12,611 nucleotides of DNA from Armatimonadota bacterium (GTDB taxonomy: Bacteria; Sysuimicrobiota; Sysuimicrobiia; Sysuimicrobiales; Humicultoraceae), in assembly GCA_052386995.1 (NCBI GenBank), contig JBQTJP010000031.1, forward strand, positions 1-12,611, written 5' to 3'. Shown piece by piece: positions 6,697 to 12,611 of this stretch. The notes beneath the pieces were generated by a model. That model saw nothing but the letters and a program-made list of their open reading frames with translations, did no database searches and was not told the DNA's origin. The translations under genes were made by a program, and so were the position numbers. The first letter of the stretch is position 1, and the number at the start of each line of letters is the position of its first letter.

Positions 6697-9600
6697 TTAC
6701 TCCGCGCGCTCGAGGGGCGCGTAGCTGAGCGCCAGGCGCTTGACCGCGCCCGCAAACCGGACGGTGACGATGGCCGAGGTCCCTTCCCCCTCCACCTCGA
6801 GCACCTGTCCGTCCCCGAACTTCGTGTGACGCACCCGGGCGCCGACTTCGAAGCTCTGGATCGGACGCGGCGGAGGACCGCCTGTGCGGGCCCTCTGGAC
6901 GCCGTCGGCCGCACCGTCCCAGAGGCTACGGGTCGGCACGGTCTCCACCAGATGCTCGGGGACCTCGCTGAGGAATCGCGACGGAACCGCGAGCATGGGG
7001 CTTCCGAATGTCGACCGCGTGCGGGCGTGACTCAGCACCAACCGTGACTTCGCCCGCGTGAAGCCAACGTAGCACAGACGTCGTTCCTCATCGAGGCCAC
7101 CCTCTTCGTCCATCGCCCGCACGTGCGGGCAGAGTCCCTCCTCCAGCCCGGTGACGAAGACGACATCGAACTCCAGCCCTTTGGCGCTGTGCAAGGTCAT
7201 CAGGGTCACGCGGTCCACGTCATCCCGGTAGGTGTCGACATCCGCCACCAGGGCCAGGTGCTGCAAGAATGCGCCCAGGTGACGCTCGCCGGTTGATTCC
7301 TCCACTTCCTGGGCGACCGTTACCAGCTCGCGCAGGTTTTCCACACGGCTGTAGGCCTCATCGGTCCCCTCCGTCTCCAGCATCGCCTGATATCCGGTGA
7401 GGACGAGCGCCTGGGCGATGACCTGGCTGGCAGACTGCTCGGCCGCCAGCGCCGACAGGCGATCGATGACGCCCGCGAACTCCTCCAGCGCGCGCACGGT
7501 GTTGCGCGGAAATCCGTCAACGGCCTCCGGCCGTCGTATCGCGTCCAGCAGCGTGATCCCCGCCCCCTCGGCGTGGGACGCGAGGCGCCCCAGCGTCACA
7601 TCGCCGATGCCGCGCTTGGGCGTGGCCAGCGCCCGGCGTACGCTCGTGTCATCCGGGCCCACGGCCAGGCGCAGGTAAGCGAGGATATCCTTGATTTCTT
7701 TGCGTTCGTAGAATCTGACGCTTCCCACGACCTGGTAGGGAAGGCCGGCTTTCAGGCATTCTTCTTCGAGCACCCGTGATTGCGCGTTCGTCCGGTACAG
7801 GATGGCGTTGTCGCGCAGCCGCGAACCGCCGGCGATGTACGTCTTGATCTCGTCGACCACAAACCGCGCCTCGTCGCCCCCGTCTATGGCTTCGTAGACA
7901 CGAACGGGAGCACCGTCCGCGTTGCCGGTCCACAGCTCCTTGGGATGACGATGCGGATTGTGCTGAATGACACCGTAGGCCGCGGCCAGGATCGTCTTCG
8001 TCGAGCGGTAGTTCTGGGCCAGCGTCACGATCCTGGCGTCGGGATAGTCGCGCTCGAACTCGAGGATGTTGCGAACGTCGGCTCCTCTCCACTTGTAGAT
8101 CGAGTTGTGAACCAGCACGCCGTCAGCGACATACGTGCGAAGGTCAGGCACGTCGAGATCGTAGACGGGCCCGTCGTAGGTCCCACGGGTGCGCGAGGTG
8201 ACCTCATCTTCGACGATCTCTCCCCCGCGCATCACCGCGAGCATCATTCCCGGTTGCAAGTGGCCGAGTGGAAGAACGAGATGGGTGGGGCGGTATCGTG
8301 TGAGCGACTGGGGCGCCGCCGTGACACAGGCCCGTAGGACAGGCTCGCCGTGATCCGACCAGGAACGGTGTCGGTATGCACGACCATCCCCGAACATCGT
8401 GAAGTTGACCAGACGCCGAGTGGTCTGTCCTCGCACCACGGCGCCCGACCGATGATGGGGGTACTCAGGGAACATGGCGAGGTCTGTCAGTAGGCGATGA
8501 GTGCGGTCCTCGGTATCCACGGCTCGAAAGATCCGATTGACGTGCTCTTGGCCGATCTGCATTCTCCGGCCGCGGACGTGAAAGACAGTCGTGGGAATCC
8601 CGTACTTGAACGCGTAGAGTTGTTCGAGGTAGGCCACCTCGGCCTCATCTGGAGAGGCTGCAAGCACCCAGAGGCGGTCGGCGACCTCACCGTTCAGCCG
8701 CAGGGCAAGGCCACTATCCACCCCACCGGGCCTCCGACTGCGCACGCCGCGGGTGCGGCCAATCCGGTACCCCATCCCCCGGCGGTGCATCAGGTACACG
8801 TAATGAAGGTTCGGTCGAGGAACGAGCCGGCCGAAGACGAGGTGATTTGGCGTCGCGGTCAGCTTCAGCCCGCTCCGGGTCTCAACCGTGACGACGGGGC
8901 CCGTGTAGATCCGCCGGAGAGGAGCAGTAGTTTTGGTCGACGCACTGCGACCCGCACCACACGCAGCAATGACGTAGTCGCCCTCTTTCAGGGACTCAAT
9001 GGGTTGGACTCCGTTTGGGCTGGCGACCATCGTCCCTGGAAGGAGGCACTGATCGTCATCTCCGACGACGGTGATATTCCGGTGCCGCCCGGACAACGCC
9101 CGCACCAGCAGGTACTGCGCGTGGTTGGTGTCCTGGTACTCATCCACAAGCACGTGCAGGAATCGGTCCTGATATTTGTGCAGCACGTCGGGGTGCTCCT
9201 CGAACAGCCGCAGCACCTCGAGGAGCAGGTCATCGAAGTCGAGCGCCCCGTTTCTGGCAAGTTCGAGCTGGTAGGCCCGCCACACTCGCGCGGTAATCTC
9301 CTCGATGAAGTTCGTGGCCCGAGCTTCATAGCGCCCCGGATCGAGCGCCTCGTCCTTGGCCCGCCCGATCAACGCCTGGATCATGGCCGGCGGAAAGCGA
9401 CGTTCATCGAGGCCGAGGTCGGCCAAGCAACCCTTGACGACGCGGCGCTGGTCGTCGTCGTCGTAGATCGCGAATGTGGACCGGATCCCGATGCGCTCGC
9501 CGTCGATCCGCAAGATGCGGCTGCAGATCGCGTGAAATGTGCCGATCCAGATGGGCCGGGCGACGGCCCCGCCCAACAGCGCATCGATCCGCTGGCGCAT

Positions 9601-9798
9601 CTCGTGGGCGGCTTTGTTGGTGAAGGTGACGGCAAGGATCCGATGCGGCGGGACGGCCCGTTCACGTATCAGGTACGCGATCCGGTAGGCGAGCGCCCGG
9701 GTCTTCCCCGATCCGGCGCCGGCGAGGATGAGCAGCGGCCCGCCGGGATGGGTCACGGCGTCACGCTGCGGAGGATTCAGGTTGTCGAGCAGGTCCAT
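6697..9798 (-). CDS. pcrA: ATP-dependent DNA helicase PcrA/UvrD (SF1A), intein-containing precursor of 1033 aa, predicted mature size 718 aa
   Basis: LNPPQ, Walker A AGAGSGKT, TFTNKAA, DFDDLL, Walker B VDEYQDTN, motif III VGDDDQ/SIYKWRGA split by the intein, QNYRST, LYRTNAQSR, TLHSAKGLEF, EERRLCYVGFTRA, and Tudor-like C-terminal VRHTKFGDG. Confidence 0.97.
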   Translation of the reverse strand: MDLLDNLNPPQRDAVTHPGGPLLILAGAGSGKTRALAYRIAYLIRERAVPPHRILAVTFTNKAAHEMRQRIDALLGGAVARPIWIGTFHAICSRILRIDGERIGIRSTFAIYDDDDQRRVVKGCLADLGLDERRFPPAMIQALIGRAKDEALDPGRYEARATNFIEEITARVWRAYQLELARNGALDFDDLLLEVLRLFEEHPDVLHKYQDRFLHVLVDEYQDTNHAQYLLVRALSGRHRNITVVGDDDQCLLPGTMVASPNGVQPIESLKEGDYVIAACGAGRSASTKTTAPLRRIYTGPVVTVETRSGLKLTATPNHLVFGRLVPRPNLHYVYLMHRRGMGYRIGRTRGVRSRRPGGVDSGLALRLNGEVADRLWVLAASPDEAEVAYLEQLYAFKYGIPTTVFHVRGRRMQIGQEHVNRIFRAVDTEDRTHRLLTDLAMFPEYPHHRSGAVVRGQTTRRLVNFTMFGDGRAYRHRSWSDHGEPVLRACVTAAPQSLTRYRPTHLVLPLGHLQPGMMLAVMRGGEIVEDEVTSRTRGTYDGPVYDLDVPDLRTYVADGVLVHNSIYKWRGADVRNILEFERDYPDARIVTLAQNYRSTKTILAAAYGVIQHNPHRHPKELWTGNADGAPVRVYEAIDGGDEARFVVDEIKTYIAGGSRLRDNAILYRTNAQSRVLEEECLKAGLPYQVVGSVRFYERKEIKDILAYLRLAVGPDDTSVRRALATPKRGIGDVTLGRLASHAEGAGITLLDAIRRPEAVDGFPRNTVRALEEFAGVIDRLSALAAEQSASQVIAQALVLTGYQAMLETEGTDEAYSRVENLRELVTVAQEVEESTGERHLGAFLQHLALVADVDTYRDDVDRVTLMTLHSAKGLEFDVVFVTGLEEGLCPHVRAMDEEGGLDEERRLCYVGFTRAKSRLVLSHARTRSTFGSPMLAVPSRFLSEVPEHLVETVPTRSLWDGAADGVQRARTGGPPPRPIQSFEVGARVRHTKFGDGQVLEVEGEGTSAIVTVRFAGAVKRLALSYAPLERAE
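8104..9048 (-). mobile_element. Class 1 intein (315 aa, precursor residues 251-565) in helicase motif III, with a GIY-YIG-like internal domain
   Basis: Block A CLLPGTMV (Cys1), block B LTATPNH (TxxH), block F VYDLDVPDLRTYVADG, block G VHN followed by Ser+1. Removing it restores VGDDDQSIYKWRGAD. Confidence 0.95.
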
Positions 9799-9810
9799 GA
9801 TCGCCCGTCC

Positions 9811-9840
9811 ACTATATCGAGCCGGACGATTGGCCGTAAA
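9811..9840 (-). promoter_or_regulatory. Candidate sigma70-type promoter for pcrA
   Basis: Minus strand: TTTACG (9840-9835), 18 nt, TATAGT (9816-9811). The -10 box is only 12 nt upstream of the ATG. Confidence 0.5.
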
Positions 9841-9860
9841 CAGGCCGTGAGAGAGTATGT

Positions 9861-10316
9861 CTACGCCGAGAGCCCGAAACGACCGAGAGTTGCCCCCGGC
9901 TCCTCAACGCTGACGCCGTGGTAGCCAGAAAAGCCCTTTGTGTCCAGGGTACAGACGGCACCGATGCCTGCGGCAAGCATCTGGGCGACGATGAACGCAT
10001 CAAAGATATCCTGACCCGTGGGCCGCCGACTTCGGATGATCGTCTCGAGTTCGTCGAAAACCCGGCGCTCGGGATAGGCCACTGTCATTGAGTGCGCGAG
10101 TGTGTCGATCGCACCCCACGCTTGGTCAGGCGCGAGCGGCGTCTTGACTCGCCGGCGGTCTGTGAGCACAGCGTACGCCTCGAGGAGAACTTGAGGAACC
10201 AGCACTCCTGGGAGCTTTCGCGTGATCGCGGCGTCGACGACTGCGCGGCATACGCCGTGCGTGTCGGCGTCCGCGTTGACGGCCGCCACCAGAACGTTGG
10301 TGTCGAGCAGGATCAC
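9861..10316 (-). CDS. vapC: PIN-domain ribonuclease toxin (VapC family)
   Basis: 151 aa. ILLDTNVLV, LLEAY, IFDAFIVA and VCTLD supply the conserved PIN acidic residues. Begins 4 nt after the stop of a small RHH gene. Confidence 0.92.
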   Translation of the reverse strand: MILLDTNVLVAAVNADADTHGVCRAVVDAAITRKLPGVLVPQVLLEAYAVLTDRRRVKTPLAPDQAWGAIDTLAHSMTVAYPERRVFDELETIIRSRRPTGQDIFDAFIVAQMLAAGIGAVCTLDTKGFSGYHGVSVEEPGATLGRFGLSA

Positions 10317-10320
10317 GAGA

Positions 10321-10545
10321 TCATTTGACGCGCTTCACTCTGTCATCGTAAAGGTCGCCGCGCTTCCACGGCCTGACCTCTCCTAGATGATATCGCCCGA
10401 GGGTGCGCGGTTTTCCAGCCAGGTACCGCTCAAGCGCCTCTAGCACCAGTTCGCTCTTCTGCCGCCCGGTCTCCCGGCTGACGCGGTCGAGTTCCGCGAG
10501 TACGCCTACCCGTGTCTTGGGGACGTAGATATTCAATTGCATCAT
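10321..10545 (-). CDS. vapB: Ribbon-helix-helix (CopG-like) antitoxin, VapB-type
   Basis: 74 aa. N-terminal strand QLNIYVP, then helices LAELDRVSRETG and KSELVLEALERYL. Lies directly upstream of the PIN toxin. Confidence 0.85.
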   Translation of the reverse strand: MMQLNIYVPKTRVGVLAELDRVSRETGRQKSELVLEALERYLAGKPRTLGRYHLGEVRPWKRGDLYDDRVKRVK

Positions 10546-10560
10546 CGATCACCCTACCCA

Positions 10561-10589
10561 AGTCTTGCATAGTGGCTAGTGTGTGTCAA
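10561..10589 (-). promoter_or_regulatory. Sigma70-type promoter of the vapBC operon
   Basis: Minus strand: consensus TTGACA (10589-10584), 17-nt spacer ending TGC, then AAGACT (10566-10561), i.e. an extended -10 TGn. Lies 15 nt upstream of the vapB ATG. Confidence 0.7.
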
Positions 10590-10673
10590 TAGAGACTCTG
10601 CGCATGCTGGATTTAACTCACGGATCGAGGTGACGAAGGCAACGTCCTAGCCGTTGGCCGGCATCACGCACCC

Positions 10674-12278
10674 TCACTCCCATTCGATCGTTGCCGGTGG
10701 CTTGCTCGTCACGTCGTACACCACCCGGGTCACACTCGGTACCTCGCGCGTGACGCGGCTGGCGATCGCTTCCAGCACCTCGTCGGGAAGCCGCGCCCAG
10801 TCCGCGGTCATGCCATCCTCGCTGGTGACCGCGCGGATCACTACGACCTGACCATAGGTGCGCGCGTCGCCCATGACGCCGACCGTGTGCACCGGGAGCA
10901 AAACGCCGAAGGCCTGCCAGATCTGGCCGCTCAGACCCACCTCGCGCAACTCGTCGAGAATGATCGCGTCGGCCGCGCGCAGCAGGTCGAGCCGCTCGCG
11001 CGTGACCTCGCCGAGGATCCGGATTGCCAGCCCCGGACCCGGGAATGGGTGGCGCGCGATCATCCGATCCGGCAAGCCCAACTGCCGCGCCACCTCGCGC
11101 ACCTCATCCTTGAATAAGTCCCGGAAGGGCTCGACCAGGCGCAAGCGCATGCGCTCGGGCAGACCGCCCACGTTGTGATGCGTCTTGATGCGCGCGGCGG
11201 TGCGGGTGCCGCTTTCGATGACGTCGGGGTAGAGCGTGCCCTGGACCAGAAAGTCGATCTCGCCCAGGCGCGTGGCTTCCTCCTCGAAGACGTGGACGAA
11301 CTCCTCGCCGATCGCCCGACGCTTCTGCTCGGGATCGGTCACGCCCCCGAGGCGCGTGAGGAAGCGGTCCCGGGCATCAACGTGGACGAGCGGCACTTGA
11401 AAGGTATCACGGAATGTCGTCACCACCTGCTCGGGTTCGTCCTGCCGCAGCAGGCCGTGATCGACGAACACGCAGGTGAGCTGGTCGCCGATGGCCCGGT
11501 GGACGAGCGCCGCGGCCGTCGCCGAATCCACCCCGCCTGACAGCGCGCAGATCGCGCGGCCCCGGCGGACCTCCTCGCGGATCCCGCCGATGCTCCGGTC
11601 GATGAACGACGTCATCGTCCAGGTCGGCTCGCACCGGCAGACCTCGTACAGAAAATTGCGGAGGACCTCAATCCCCCAGGGCGTGTGCGACACCTCGGGA
11701 TGAAACTGGAGGCCGTACAGCCGGCGCGTCCGGTCGGCCATCGCCGCCACCGGGTTGCGATCGGAGTGGGCCAGCGCGACGAAGCCGCTCGGCAAGACGG
11801 TCACGGAATCGCCGTGGCTCATCCAGCAGATCAGGCGAGGCTCCAGTGAGGCGAACAGATCGGTCCCGTCGTCCACGAACAGCCGGGTCCGCCCGTACTC
11901 GCGCTGGTCGGCCGCGGCCGTGCGCCCGTCGAGCAGGTGGGCCATCAACTGCATCCCGTAGCAGATCCCAAGCGTGGGAACGCCGGCGCCAAACAGCCCC
12001 GGATCAACCCTGGGCGCGCCCGGCTCATAGACACTGGCCGGACCGCCGGAGAGCACGATGCCCTGCGGCCGGTGCGCGAGGATCTCGGCCAGCGGCGTGT
12101 CATACGGCAGGATGATGCTATACACGCGGCTTTCGCGGATGCGCCGCGCGATCAACTGCGCGTACTGGGCGCCAAAATCGAGCACGATGACCGGCCGGTG
12201 CCCGGTGACGCGCGCCGGCGAGGATGTCGCGGGCCGCGGCGCGATTTGTGGGGACTGTGGCACGGTCGTGGCCGACAC
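10674..12278 (-). CDS. guaA: GMP synthase (glutamine-hydrolysing), ~534 aa
   Basis: [93 protein letters not shown]. Start placed at GTG 12278, just after the upstream stop and preceded by GGAAGG. Confidence 0.98.
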   Translation of the reverse strand: MSATTVPQSPQIAPRPATSSPARVTGHRPVIVLDFGAQYAQLIARRIRESRVYSIILPYDTPLAEILAHRPQGIVLSGGPASVYEPGAPRVDPGLFGAGVPTLGICYGMQLMAHLLDGRTAAADQREYGRTRLFVDDGTDLFASLEPRLICWMSHGDSVTVLPSGFVALAHSDRNPVAAMADRTRRLYGLQFHPEVSHTPWGIEVLRNFLYEVCRCEPTWTMTSFIDRSIGGIREEVRRGRAICALSGGVDSATAAALVHRAIGDQLTCVFVDHGLLRQDEPEQVVTTFRDTFQVPLVHVDARDRFLTRLGGVTDPEQKRRAIGEEFVHVFEEEATRLGEIDFLVQGTLYPDVIESGTRTAARIKTHHNVGGLPERMRLRLVEPFRDLFKDEVREVARQLGLPDRMIARHPFPGPGLAIRILGEVTRERLDLLRAADAIILDELREVGLSGQIWQAFGVLLPVHTVGVMGDARTYGQVVVIRAVTSEDGMTADWARLPDEVLEAIASRVTREVPSVTRVVYDVTSKPPATIEWE

Positions 12279-12282
12279 GGTT

Positions 12283-12611
12283 CTACCTTCCCTGGCCCAC
12301 CTTCTGACTGAACTGCGCAGCCTTGCCTTCCGTGGCGAGCTGAGGCGCGATGACGATGTCCGCGGCGTGCATCTCCCTGATCGTGCCCGCTCCGCACAGC
12401 CCCATGGCGGTGCGCAGCGCCTCCGACAGGTTGTGGGATCCGTCGTCGACGGCCGCCGGCCCCAGGAGGATCTGCCGCAGCGATCCCGTCGTGCCGACCC
12501 GGATGCGCGTGCCACGAGGCAGCGCGGCGTGCGGAGTCGCCATGCCCCAGTGCAAGCCGCGGCCCGGGGCCTCTTCGGCCCGTGCCAGCGCAGAGCCCAG
12601 CATGACCGCAT
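12283..12611 (-). CDS. guaB3: IMP dehydrogenase family protein, GuaB3-type; C-terminal part only
   Basis: [66 protein letters not shown] matches the C-terminus I recognise for GuaB3-type IMPDH. Lies immediately upstream of guaA. Confidence 0.88.
   Translation of the reverse strand, partial: AVMLGSALARAEEAPGRGLHWGMATPHAALPRGTRIRVGTTGSLRQILLGPAAVDDGSHNLSEALRTAMGLCGAGTIREMHAADIVIAPQLATEGKAAQFSQKVGQGR

Noticed and set aside
6697..6914. N-terminal extension of the 624-aa ORF into pcrA
   Set aside because: It overlaps the conserved PcrA C-terminal domain in another frame and reads as Arg/Ser-rich off-frame sequence.
8070..8103. Co-conversion tract flanking the intein (AGA GGA, GTT codons)
   Set aside because: Too few codons to distinguish from chance without homologous alleles.
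8497..9924. 475-aa plus-strand ORF
   Set aside because: Antisense shadow of pcrA with no recognisable motifs; long antisense frames are expected in GC-rich coding DNA.
10621..10673. Intrinsic terminator after guaA
   Set aside because: Only an imperfect stem (CAACG...CGTTG) with no U-tract.
9799..10700. Integrative element with att repeats at the guaA 3' end
   Set aside because: No integrase in the window, and I found no second copy of the guaA 3'-terminal sequence downstream of vapC.
12279..12611. N-terminal extension of guaA (645-aa ORF call)
   Set aside because: The extension overlaps the GuaB3 coding frame and is low-complexity; GuaA homology starts after GTG 12278.
1..12611. CRISPR array, tRNA, rRNA or IS element
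   Set aside because: No regularly spaced repeats, RNA-gene signatures, transposase or terminal inverted repeats seen; intergenic gaps are all short.

Overview
GC-rich bacterial chromosomal window in which every credible gene is on the minus strand. In transcription order (right to left): the 3' end of a GuaB3-type IMP dehydrogenase-family gene, guaA (GMP synthase), a vapBC-type toxin-antitoxin pair (RHH antitoxin plus PIN toxin) with its own sigma70-type promoter, a PcrA/UvrD helicase interrupted by a 315-aa intein, a large uncharacterised exported/membrane protein, an Opp/Dpp-type ABC cluster (binding protein, two permeases, a small membrane-anchored hypothetical protein), and the start of a second family-5 binding protein. 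The most unusual element is the PcrA intein. It has no recognisable LAGLIDADG or HNH domain but carries a GIY-YIG-like motif set. This insert appears to sit directly after block B, while the usual endonuclease site holds only a short linker. Non-coding signals include two sigma70-like promoters staggered by exactly 10 bp, a perfect 13-bp intercistronic hairpin and a probable near-leaderless pcrA promoter. All calls come from reading motifs by eye; no searches were run.
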